NCBI GenBank assembly: GCA_035544835.1
Contig: DASZZV010000299.1
Coordinates: forward strand, 1-56,435
Length of the DNA: 56,435 nucleotides
Direction: 5' to 3'
Origin: Thermoanaerobaculia bacterium
GTDB lineage: Bacteria; Acidobacteriota; Thermoanaerobaculia; Gp7-AA8
A model generated the notes under the pieces. It saw only the letters and a list, made by a program, of their open reading frames with translations, was not told the origin of the DNA and did not search any database. Shown here piece after piece: positions 16,071 through 24,281 of this stretch. The translations under genes were made by a program, and so were the position numbers. Position 1 is the first letter of the stretch. Every line of letters begins with the position of its first letter.

Positions 16071-16129
16071 ACCCGCATTTCGCACAGGGTTATTGCTGAG
16101 AAGCGACGAAACCCTGTGAGAAATGCGGG
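16071..16129. repeat. inverted pair of the 27-nt motif, located between the divergent htrA and dusB genes
   Basis: acccgcatttcgcacagggtt (16071..16091) and aaccctgtgagaaatgcgggt (within 16103..16129) are complementary with 1 mismatch and separated by a 17-nt loop. Each copy is in the sense orientation relative to the gene it precedes. Confidence 0.7.
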
Positions 16130-16221
16130 TTTAATGGTGAGACGCGCCTGAATCGAAAATGTTTCCCTCGGAAAGATGAGGAAGATAGTACTCTCTGGCC
16201 CTGTTAACGGATTGTTTACAT

Positions 16222-17202
16222 ATGTCTTTCGCGCTCAAATCCTTCTCGATCGGCCCGGTTTTGGTCGATCCTCCTCTGGCACTCGCGCCGATGGCCGAGG
16301 TCACCGATACCTATTATCGCTCGTTGATCAAAGAGCTGGGATCGGTGGGGCTGGTCGTGTCCGAATTCGTTTCTGCCGAGGGGCTGACCAGGAACAATGC
16401 CCGTTCCAGGAACATGCTCGCTTTCGACGAGCGTGAGCGCCCCGTGGCCATTCAAATCTATGGGGGAGACCCCGACCGAATGGATGACGCGGCGGCCATC
16501 GTCGAGGACCAGGGTGTCGACATCGTCGACATCAACATGGGTTGCCCGGTCAAAAAGATCGTGAATAGCGGGGCCGGCTCGGCTCTACTGAAGGATTTCG
16601 ATCGCGCCGCCCGCGTGGTCGAGAAGATTCGCAGACGGGTCAGTATCCCCGTGACAGTAAAAGTTCGTAAAGGATGGGAGAGCGATGACGTCATTCCGCT
16701 CCTGAAGAGGTTTGAAGAAATGGGAGTGGCGGCGATCGCGATTCACGGACGGACACGAAGCGAGGCTTATTCGGGTGCCAGCGACTGGAAGTACATTGCA
16801 GCGGTAAAGCGGGAGATCTCGATTCCTGTCTTTGGAAACGGTGACGTCAAAGTTGCCGAGGACGCCCTGCGGATGTTCCGGGAGACCGCTTGTGATGGGG
16901 TCATGATCGGTCGGGCGGCGTTGCACAATCCTTTCATCTTTAGAGACATCGCCGCAGTGGTGTCGGGAGAGGTTGTCACCGATGAAGTGGATCGGCGCAT
17001 CGTGGCCATGAAACGCTATCTTCAGAAGATCGAGGGTGCTCCGCAGCCGGAGCTCTGGAAGCTTCACAAGGCGCGTACGGTCATTGGCTGGTTCTCGAAG
17101 GGGATACCTCATGCCAAAGAACTGCGGCAGGGGCTCGCCGGGATCACCTGTATCAACGACGTCCTTTATCTTCTCGATCGAAGCCGCGAGATCGCGGCTT
17201 GA
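16222..17202 (+). CDS. dusB: tRNA-dihydrouridine synthase
   Basis: LAPMAEVTD, IDINMGCP, HGRTR and TIM-barrel Dus family motifs. 326 aa. Confidence 0.85.
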   Translation: MSFALKSFSIGPVLVDPPLALAPMAEVTDTYYRSLIKELGSVGLVVSEFVSAEGLTRNNARSRNMLAFDERERPVAIQIYGGDPDRMDDAAAIVEDQGVDIVDINMGCPVKKIVNSGAGSALLKDFDRAARVVEKIRRRVSIPVTVKVRKGWESDDVIPLLKRFEEMGVAAIAIHGRTRSEAYSGASDWKYIAAVKREISIPVFGNGDVKVAEDALRMFRETACDGVMIGRAALHNPFIFRDIAAVVSGEVVTDEVDRRIVAMKRYLQKIEGAPQPELWKLHKARTVIGWFSKGIPHAKELRQGLAGITCINDVLYLLDRSREIAA

Positions 17203-18215
17203 GTCAGGTTGCGACACGCATGACCTTCCCTCGGCATCTCGCCGAAGTACTCGATCGTTTCCGGATCCGTCCCGACACGAAGGCTACGTTGTACGACTTT
17301 TACCTTCAGTACGGGGCCGATGCCCTCGATTCCTTCAGCTCTTTGTCGGAAGATTTCGACGCCGCTTCGCAGATCACACCTGAGGATCTGGCCGGCCTGC
17401 GCACCAGAATGGTAGAGGCCTACCTTCGCAAGAATCACGAGCTCTGGCTGCAGGGAAAGCCAACGCCGAGCCTTTACGCGCCGCGCGCAGCGGAAGGTCG
17501 AGCTTCAGGGCTGGTCATGCCGCTCGGCAATCTCGACGTACTTCCCGACGAGGGCTCGCTACTGAGCGAGATCAAGCGGTCCATCGACTCCATACTCGCG
17601 CCTGGTCAGGTTGCCCCGTCAGGGCTGGTGCTGTTCTCGAAGAACGCCCATTTCGGTGGACGGGCCGAGACCATCTCGTTCGACGTGGTCAGTAGTGATC
17701 TCGATGATGCACTTCTCGTCGCCGGCGCCGAAGGCCGCCAGCACACTGTTCCCGGATCGATCGGCGAAACCAGTGGCACTCTGGACGCCGCCGAGAAACT
17801 GGCGCTCATCTGGGAGATTCAGCCGAATGTGCTCAAGCCCTTTGGCGAGCGGAACCAGACCATTGCCAAAATTCACCGTCGCAATCGCAACTGGCATCTT
17901 CTTACGCTGGCAGCGGCCATCCGCTGGCTGCAGGCCAGAGGAATCGACATTCTCATTCTGAACGGGTCGGCCCTTACGGCGACGCACGAAGTCAATCCGC
18001 ATCAGCCCGTGCCTGAGGCCGTCATTGTTCTGCATGATCGCACCGTCGAAACGGTGGCCGCGGGACTGGGGAATGAGCTCGTGGCCGTCTCCACGGACGA
18101 CCAGGAGCGTCTCATCGGCACGGAGCTCATGAACACCGGGCTGCGCAAGCTGGTGTCCGAGCGGGGGGCGCGTCACGCCATGCGCCGGCTCCGCTACGAG
18201 CGCCGCATAGAATAG
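17199..18215 (+). CDS. hypothetical protein, no family recognised
   Basis: 338-aa ORF with coding-like composition. The TTG start overlaps the dusB stop by 4 nt; an alternative ATG lies at 17220. It ends 43 nt before rimO. Confidence 0.6.
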   Translation: MSQVATRMTFPRHLAEVLDRFRIRPDTKATLYDFYLQYGADALDSFSSLSEDFDAASQITPEDLAGLRTRMVEAYLRKNHELWLQGKPTPSLYAPRAAEGRASGLVMPLGNLDVLPDEGSLLSEIKRSIDSILAPGQVAPSGLVLFSKNAHFGGRAETISFDVVSSDLDDALLVAGAEGRQHTVPGSIGETSGTLDAAEKLALIWEIQPNVLKPFGERNQTIAKIHRRNRNWHLLTLAAAIRWLQARGIDILILNGSALTATHEVNPHQPVPEAVIVLHDRTVETVAAGLGNELVAVSTDDQERLIGTELMNTGLRKLVSERGARHAMRRLRYERRIE

Positions 18216-18258
18216 GCCGGCCCTTTCCGCTGTTTAGCGAGACTCCTGAAAGTACCCA

Positions 18259-19614
18259 ATGACCGAAAAAACCATTTCCCGTGTCGGGATGATCTCGCTA
18301 GGCTGTCCCAAGAACCTCGTCGACGCCGAGATCATGCTCGGTCAGCTGCAGGCTGGCACCGAGATGCAGGTCACGAGTGACCTCGACGACGCCGACGTTG
18401 TGATCGTCAATACCTGCGGTTTTATCGACGCCGCAAAACAGGAATCGATCGATACGATTCTGGAGATGGCTGAGCGTAAGAGCGGAAAGCTCAAGCGGCT
18501 CGTCGTGACTGGCTGCATGGTTCAGAAATACCGCTCCGATCTTCAAGAGGCAATTCCCGAGATCGACGCCTTCGTCGGACTCGATCACCTCGAGCAGATC
18601 ACCGCTGCCGTCACCGGCCAGGACTACTCCGGCGACAGCGCTCCGGTGAAGCGGAAGATGTCGGCGAGGTTGTATGAGGACCTGCCCCGCGTGCTGACTC
18701 AGGGCACATCACACGCCTACCTCAAAGTCTCTGAAGGATGTTCAAACCCCTGCACCTTCTGCGCGATTCCGCAGATGCGCGGCAAGTTTCGCAGCCGCCA
18801 GCTCGACTCTCTGATTTCTGAGGCCCGGCAGCTCGAGCTCAAAGGTGTCAAGGAATTGTGCCTCATCGCTCAGGACACGACGCGTTACGGAGAGGACCTC
18901 GGGGTCGAGCACGGACTGACTCGACTCGTGGAGCGCCTTCTGGCCGAAACAGACTTCCAGTGGATCCGTTTTCTCTACGCCTACCCCGGCAGCCTCGATT
19001 GGTCGCTGTTTGAGCTGATGGGCCGCGAGAAACGCTTTGTTTCCTACTGCGACATTCCGTTGCAGCACGCCTCGGAAAATGTGCTTGGTCGCATGAGACG
19101 CCCCGGCTCGCCGCAGCAGTATCGCGACATGGTCAGCCGCATGCGAGAACTCGTTCCGGATCTCTCTTTGCGCACCACTTTCATCGTCGGCCATCCCGGG
19201 GAAACTGCGAAGGACTTCGGCGAGTTGTACGACTTCGTCGAGTGGGCGCAATTCGATCAGATGGGCGCTTTCTGTTATTCACCCGAGGAGTTCACGCCGG
19301 CCTCGAAGATGACCGACATTCCAACGAGAAAGACGGCAGAGCGGCGCCGCGACAAGCTCATGGAACTGCAGCAGGCCATCTCGCTGGCGCGGAACACGGC
19401 GAAGGTGGGCCAGACCTTCGACGCCATCATCACCGGAGTCTGTGCCGAGACCGAGCACCTTCTCGAAGGACGCATCGCAGGACAGGCCCCGGAGATCGAC
19501 GGCCGCCTTCTGATCAACGACGGAATGGACAGTGTGCGCGAGTTCCCGCACTTCGCCAGAGTCGAGATCAACGACGCCCATCCCTACGATCTGGTCGGCG
19601 CGCTGGTCGGCTGA
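18259..19614 (+). CDS. rimO: ribosomal protein S12 methylthiotransferase (radical SAM, MTTase family)
   Basis: N-terminal SLGCPKNLVD, radical-SAM CSNPCTFC and a C-terminal TRAM-like region. 451 aa. Confidence 0.9.
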   Translation: MTEKTISRVGMISLGCPKNLVDAEIMLGQLQAGTEMQVTSDLDDADVVIVNTCGFIDAAKQESIDTILEMAERKSGKLKRLVVTGCMVQKYRSDLQEAIPEIDAFVGLDHLEQITAAVTGQDYSGDSAPVKRKMSARLYEDLPRVLTQGTSHAYLKVSEGCSNPCTFCAIPQMRGKFRSRQLDSLISEARQLELKGVKELCLIAQDTTRYGEDLGVEHGLTRLVERLLAETDFQWIRFLYAYPGSLDWSLFELMGREKRFVSYCDIPLQHASENVLGRMRRPGSPQQYRDMVSRMRELVPDLSLRTTFIVGHPGETAKDFGELYDFVEWAQFDQMGAFCYSPEEFTPASKMTDIPTRKTAERRRDKLMELQQAISLARNTAKVGQTFDAIITGVCAETEHLLEGRIAGQAPEIDGRLLINDGMDSVREFPHFARVEINDAHPYDLVGALVG

Positions 19615-19671
19615 TTCGAAGCCGAAGTCCATTCCCAGCCGTGGACACCGAGGTTGCCGGTGAGAAGGCTT

Positions 19672-20033
19672 GTCATCCTGAGCGAAAGCGAAGGATCTTT
19701 GGTGACATCACCCTGGTGTAAATTGACTACCTCGCGAGTGCCACCAAAGATCCTTCGGTCGCACTCACTCTTTGCTGATCGTTTGTTTCGCGCGTGCTCC
19801 CTTCTAAGAAACTGCCAGTATTTACGCGGGTTTGCGGAGGTGTCATCCCGAGCCGCAGCGAGGGATCTGGGTGGCGGCTTCGGGTCTGTGGCGCCGCGTA
19901 CAATCGTACGTGATGCCTCCGGACCGAAACCGCAAGGCCCCCACCCAGATCCCTCGCTCGACGCTCGGGATGACACCCTTTCGGTTTCTTTTCTCAGGCG
20001 CAGCGCGCACGCTGTCCTTCGCTTCAGGATGAC
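19672..20033. repeat. cluster of nested or degenerate palindromic elements
   Basis: A family-A-related variant arm gtcatcctgagcgaaagcgaaggatctttggtg (19672..) has a partial partner caccaaagatccttcg at about 19742 and a second inverted half-site ccttcgcttcaggatgac at 20016..20033. Copy A3 lies between them. Confidence 0.7.
19840..19977. repeat. MITE/REP-like palindromic element, family A, copy A3
   Basis: Arms are gtgtcatcccgagccgcagcgagggatctgggtgg ... cccagatccctcgctcgacgctcgggatgacaccc. It shares the right-arm variant seen in A1 but has a different spacer. Confidence 0.85.
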
Positions 20034-20068
20034 GACGTACCGGCCGCTCGGGCCAGATGTACCCGAAC

Positions 20069-20980
20069 CTACTGTTTCTCGTCTGTTCGCAAGGCCTCGT
20101 TCTTGATGCGGATCTGCTCGCACTTCGGGAGCCCTGGCTTACCGAGAACGCTCCGCTCCCAGGAGCCATAGGTCGGGTTGGGGATCATGAACCATTTCTT
20201 GCCGAAGTAGTCCCGGTAACGCTCCAGCAACGCCGAACGCTCCTGTAGCGTCTTCCCATTTGCCGGTACGAAATCATTGAGGTCGTCACCGAAGAGAAGG
20301 ATGACGCGGTATTTGTCGGACACGAACCTGCGACGGGAAGTCTTATCCGACGAATTCCAGTCCTCGCGCTCCCCCTGGACCAGGACGGTGTCCACTTGGT
20401 CGTCGATCGGGAAGCCGAGTTTGTTGAGGTTGTCGCGAACCACTTTTTCCATCGAAGCGCGCTGGTTCGTTATGTAGAAAACGGTTACTCCCTGCCCCTG
20501 CGCGAATCGGCAGAAATCGACAGCGCCGTTGATCGCTCGTGAGACCGCTTCATCACGAAAGAGTTGGAAGCGGTCGTCGTTGTGGTTCTCGTGATGTTTG
20601 AGCAGCCGAGCCTGGTAGGCAGAGTTGTCGAGGACCGTCTCGTCGATGTCGAGGATGACCGCCGGCGACTTCCCGGCCGTCGTCTCCTGCTCCGTGGCGG
20701 CGGACCAGCCCGGATCTTTCGCTGCCTCGACGAGCATCTTTTTTCCCCAGCGATAGATCTCCTCGGTAAGGGCTTGATATTCGGCCGAGGTCTGCATCCA
20801 GAGAACACTGTTGAGGTCAGGCTCCACCAGCGAGCAGTCCGGCATCGCGGTTGACGCAACGCCCCCGGCCACGTCGGGAGTCGGAGCCGCGACGGGTCGA
20901 GGCTGCGATGCGGAGTGCGTACAGCACGCCAACAGAAGAAGTGTTACGGCGATGGTGACAAGAGTCTGATTTGATTTCAC
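20069..20980 (-). CDS. class C acid phosphatase / 5'-nucleotidase, lipoprotein e(P4) family (HAD superfamily)
   Basis: Lipobox LLLAC, HAD motif I ILDIDETVLDNS and motif FGDDLNDF. 303 aa. Confidence 0.8.
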   Translation of the reverse strand: MKSNQTLVTIAVTLLLLACCTHSASQPRPVAAPTPDVAGGVASTAMPDCSLVEPDLNSVLWMQTSAEYQALTEEIYRWGKKMLVEAAKDPGWSAATEQETTAGKSPAVILDIDETVLDNSAYQARLLKHHENHNDDRFQLFRDEAVSRAINGAVDFCRFAQGQGVTVFYITNQRASMEKVVRDNLNKLGFPIDDQVDTVLVQGEREDWNSSDKTSRRRFVSDKYRVILLFGDDLNDFVPANGKTLQERSALLERYRDYFGKKWFMIPNPTYGSWERSVLGKPGLPKCEQIRIKNEALRTDEKQ

Positions 20981-20994
20981 GCGAGTCTCCGTTA

Positions 20995-21030
20995 CAAAAA
21001 AAAGGCCACCCGAAATCGGGTGGCCTTTTT
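20995..21030 (-). terminator. rho-independent terminator downstream of the TonB-dependent receptor gene
   Basis: ggccacccg-aaat-cgggtggcc is flanked by A9 on the plus strand (a T9 run after the stem on the minus strand) and by T5 on the other side. Confidence 0.8.
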
Positions 21031-21049
21031 ACCACTGCGATGGAATGCT

Positions 21050-24000
21050 TTAGAAGACGATCTTCGCTGCGACCTGATACTGACGCGGGTCGACGGCCGT
21101 GTTGTAGCTCGTCGGAATGCCGTAGTTCGCATTCTTTGTGATGGTGGTGAACTTGTCCGTAGACGCGGTGTAGTTCACGGTGTACAGCGACTGGTTCGTA
21201 CCGGTGATGAACTGGTTGCTCTGGGCGAGAAGGTTGAAGACCTCGCCGATCAACTCCAGCTGAACACCATGTGTGAGTCCGAAGCGTTTGGAAATGCGGG
21301 CGTCGATGTTGGTCACGGTGGGCTGACGGCGTCCGTTGCGCGAGGCGATATGCGCGCCCTGGGCGTTGAGGAAGTCGGCGAACTGCGGGCGAGTCATGCC
21401 GGCAGCCTTGGTGAGATCGATGATCTGGCCGCTGCTGTCGAGGAAGACCGGGATGTTTCCGGTGATGTTGGAGAGACCGTTCAACGAGAGGCCGCCGCAG
21501 TTGCAGAAGATGTTCTGCGTGTACGGCGCTCCGGACCGGTAGTTATAGATACCGGACACGAAGAAGCCGAAAGGCAGTTCGTAAGTTCCGTCGACGACGA
21601 CGCGATGACGGATGTCGAAATCCGAAGGACCCTGGCTGAGCGAAGGATTGAGCGGATCGAAACGGAAAGAAGAGGAAGTGCTGCGCTCGTTCGATTCCTG
21701 GTCGACCGACTTGGACCAGGTGTAATGAGCGTCCCACGAGAACTTGCTGTTCTCCAGCGCTAGCTTGTGGGTCTCGACGGTGAAGGAGCGATTGTTGGCC
21801 TTCTCGTCCGAGGTATCGGCTAGGACGCTTCCGTAATCCAGATACCGACGGTTCGGGCTGTTGAGGGAGTAAACGGGGAGATTGCCGAACGAGTAGGCTT
21901 GCGCAACGGCGTTGAGCTGGGTCTTTCCCTGAACGTGGGTGAGGCGAGCGTATTCGCCGCTGATACCCGCGCTGTACTGACTGCCAAGTTGCTGCTCGAA
22001 CTGAAGGCTGGAGCGTAGTGACTCCTGAGCCTGAAAGTTGTCGGTGATCGCCTGGATCGAGTTACCCGAAGCTGGCGTTGCTGCGAACTGCGCCGGCGTG
22101 AGGATGTTCGGGAAGGTCGGGCACGGAAGCGCCGTGGTGCAGGGAAGATTGATGAAGGTGAATCCACCGCTGATCTGCGCCAGCGGATTGGCCAGAAGAA
22201 TCGCCGGGAGGTAGTTGTAGAACTTGCCGGTGCCGCCACGGAGAACAGACTTGCCGGTTCCGAAGACGTCGAAGGCGAAACCAAGACGGGGGGCGACGTT
22301 GTTTTTGTCCGACTTGAAGTTGTTCACGAACTCGGGGTACTTCACCGCCGCGAGCGCTGCCTTGGGTTTCGGCATGGTCTGATAGTCGTATCGCAAGCCG
22401 ACATCGACCGTCAAACGGTCGATCAGCTTGAACGAGTCCTGAATGAACGTGCCGTAGGTATTCTGGCTGAAGGGCGTTGCGCCACCGGTCGGTCCGAAGC
22501 CCATCTGGAAACGGCTCGGCTTGTTGGCGATGAAGTCGGCAACTGAAGCGTACGAGTACTGACCGCGAGCAAAGCGCGGGAACATATTGTTGAACTTTTC
22601 GAACAGACCCTCTGCTCCGACCTTCACATTGTGGCGGCCGATGCTCCAGGAAAGGCTGTCCTTGATCTGGTACTTCTTCTCCGTGGTGTTGTTGGGGAGG
22701 AAGTTGATGTTTCCGAAGGTCGCCGTCTGCCCGCTCTGCGTGACGTTGATTTCAGGGAAGCCCTCAGACGTAGGATTGATGGGACGTTCCTGCATTTCGT
22801 ATTGGGCGATCAACTGGTTGAAGATCGAGGGCGTCAGGATCGATTCGGCCTGTCCGACGAGCTGATTGAACTTGTCGGTCTCATTACCCTGGTTCGATGC
22901 GAGCTGGAAGCCGTTCTGATTGTTTGAATTCGTAAATTCGGAATAATTGTCTCGAATCGAGGCGTGGTTCCTGGTTCCGAGGTTGAGGTCGACTTTGCCC
23001 AGATAGGTGTTCTGGTCGAAGGTCTGATCGTAATTGAGCTCCTGGGAGAAGGGATGCCCGACGATATCCTGGAAGCGTGTGAAGAATGCGGCACGGACGT
23101 CCGGCGAGAGGGCCGTGAATTGCGAGCGTGCCGTGAAGTCGCTGGCGATGATCGGAAGCTTCTGGCGCTGGAAGTCAGCGTTTACGAAGAAAAATGCCTT
23201 GTCGCGGACGATGGGACCGCCGGCGGCAAATCCGGGCTGATTCGAATCTTTGCCTCGGAAGCTCTCCGTTGCTTTCTGGCCATGCAGAAACGTCGGACGC
23301 TTCGAGGCCCACTGACCTTTGCGGTAGAAGTCAAAGACTTCACCGTTGACGTTGTTGCTGCCACTCTTGGTGATGGCGTTCAAGGTAGCGCCCACGCCGC
23401 GAGCAAACTCAGCGTTGTACTGCGAGCGAATGACCTGAAACTCTTTGATGGCGGCCTGGGAGAAGGTGAAGGGGGCGCGCGTGCCGCCTGTCTGCTCGCC
23501 GAAAAACTCGGAGTTCGCGTTAGCGCCGTCAATGTTGAAATCGGTCGTAATACCGCGGCCGCCGTTGGCCTGAATACGGCCACCGAAAGCCGCATTGACC
23601 CCGGGAGTCAACTCGGCGAGGGATCGGAAGTCGCGACTGAGGAGGGGAAGATTCTCGATCTGTTTCTCAGTGACCGAGGTCGTCTGACCTGACTGCGTAA
23701 CGTCGACGACCGGGGCGGTCGCCGTTATCGTGATCTCCTCGGAGATCTGTTGGTTGATCTTCAGATCGGTCTTGGTGGTGGTACCGAGAAGAACGGTCAC
23801 TCTGGGGTTGGCAGCTTTGCCAAGTCCTGCCATCTCCCCGGTGACGCTGTAGCGTCCCGGCGGAAGGAGCGCGAGTGAGTAATCACCCGCGGTCTCGGTT
23901 ACGGCGTTACGCGACAGACCGGTATCAGTGTTGGTCGCAGTGATGGTGACGCCGGGGAGAGCTCCCCCCGTGCTATCGGTGACCTTGCCGCTGATGGAGC

Positions 24001-24094
24001 CGGTCGTTGCATTGACCGACTGCGCCGAAGCGCTCACGACAAACAGCGCCAGGCACAACGAAATCGCGACGAAAAGACAGTTGCGGAAACCCAT
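21050..24094 (-). CDS. TonB-dependent outer-membrane receptor with N-terminal carboxypeptidase-regulatory-like domain
   Basis: Signal peptide MGFRNCLFVAISLCLALFVVSASA follows AGGAGGA. An N-terminal GxxxGxV.D..G..LPGV beta-sandwich is followed by plug and barrel, ending in an aromatic residue (KIVF). The track ORF was trimmed to the ATG at 24094. Confidence 0.9.
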   Translation of the reverse strand: MGFRNCLFVAISLCLALFVVSASAQSVNATTGSISGKVTDSTGGALPGVTITATNTDTGLSRNAVTETAGDYSLALLPPGRYSVTGEMAGLGKAANPRVTVLLGTTTKTDLKINQQISEEITITATAPVVDVTQSGQTTSVTEKQIENLPLLSRDFRSLAELTPGVNAAFGGRIQANGGRGITTDFNIDGANANSEFFGEQTGGTRAPFTFSQAAIKEFQVIRSQYNAEFARGVGATLNAITKSGSNNVNGEVFDFYRKGQWASKRPTFLHGQKATESFRGKDSNQPGFAAGGPIVRDKAFFFVNADFQRQKLPIIASDFTARSQFTALSPDVRAAFFTRFQDIVGHPFSQELNYDQTFDQNTYLGKVDLNLGTRNHASIRDNYSEFTNSNNQNGFQLASNQGNETDKFNQLVGQAESILTPSIFNQLIAQYEMQERPINPTSEGFPEINVTQSGQTATFGNINFLPNNTTEKKYQIKDSLSWSIGRHNVKVGAEGLFEKFNNMFPRFARGQYSYASVADFIANKPSRFQMGFGPTGGATPFSQNTYGTFIQDSFKLIDRLTVDVGLRYDYQTMPKPKAALAAVKYPEFVNNFKSDKNNVAPRLGFAFDVFGTGKSVLRGGTGKFYNYLPAILLANPLAQISGGFTFINLPCTTALPCPTFPNILTPAQFAATPASGNSIQAITDNFQAQESLRSSLQFEQQLGSQYSAGISGEYARLTHVQGKTQLNAVAQAYSFGNLPVYSLNSPNRRYLDYGSVLADTSDEKANNRSFTVETHKLALENSKFSWDAHYTWSKSVDQESNERSTSSSFRFDPLNPSLSQGPSDFDIRHRVVVDGTYELPFGFFVSGIYNYRSGAPYTQNIFCNCGGLSLNGLSNITGNIPVFLDSSGQIIDLTKAAGMTRPQFADFLNAQGAHIASRNGRRQPTVTNIDARISKRFGLTHGVQLELIGEVFNLLAQSNQFITGTNQSLYTVNYTASTDKFTTITKNANYGIPTSYNTAVDPRQYQVAAKIVF

Positions 24095-24281
24095 ACATCC
24101 TCCTGTTATGGTCAAAGACGAGACTTTGATGCAGCTGGAGCCCGAGGGCTCCTGTATTTTCAAACTTGAGCGCGATAACTTAACCCCATTCACCCGTCCC
24201 GCAAAGCTGTTTCGATGTTTTCGTGAAAAGAACGGGTATTCCGGGCGTAAAGAGCGGCCCGGAGATGGATCAGTGCCGGCC

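Noticed and set aside
6851-16129. The identical 27-nt direct repeats, 9.2 kb apart, as attL/attR of an integrated element.
   Set aside because: The enclosed genes (peptidase, kinase, ligD, desaturase, CheY, pilT, htrA) include no integrase or mobility gene. A third, inverted copy sits next to the right-hand repeat, which fits a repeat or regulatory motif better.
24095-24281. Possible small RNA or leader between rho and the TonB-dependent receptor gene (hairpin ggagccctcgggctcc).
   Set aside because: There is only one short hairpin, and I could not identify a convincing promoter/terminator pair. It is most simply the receptor gene's promoter and 5' UTR region.
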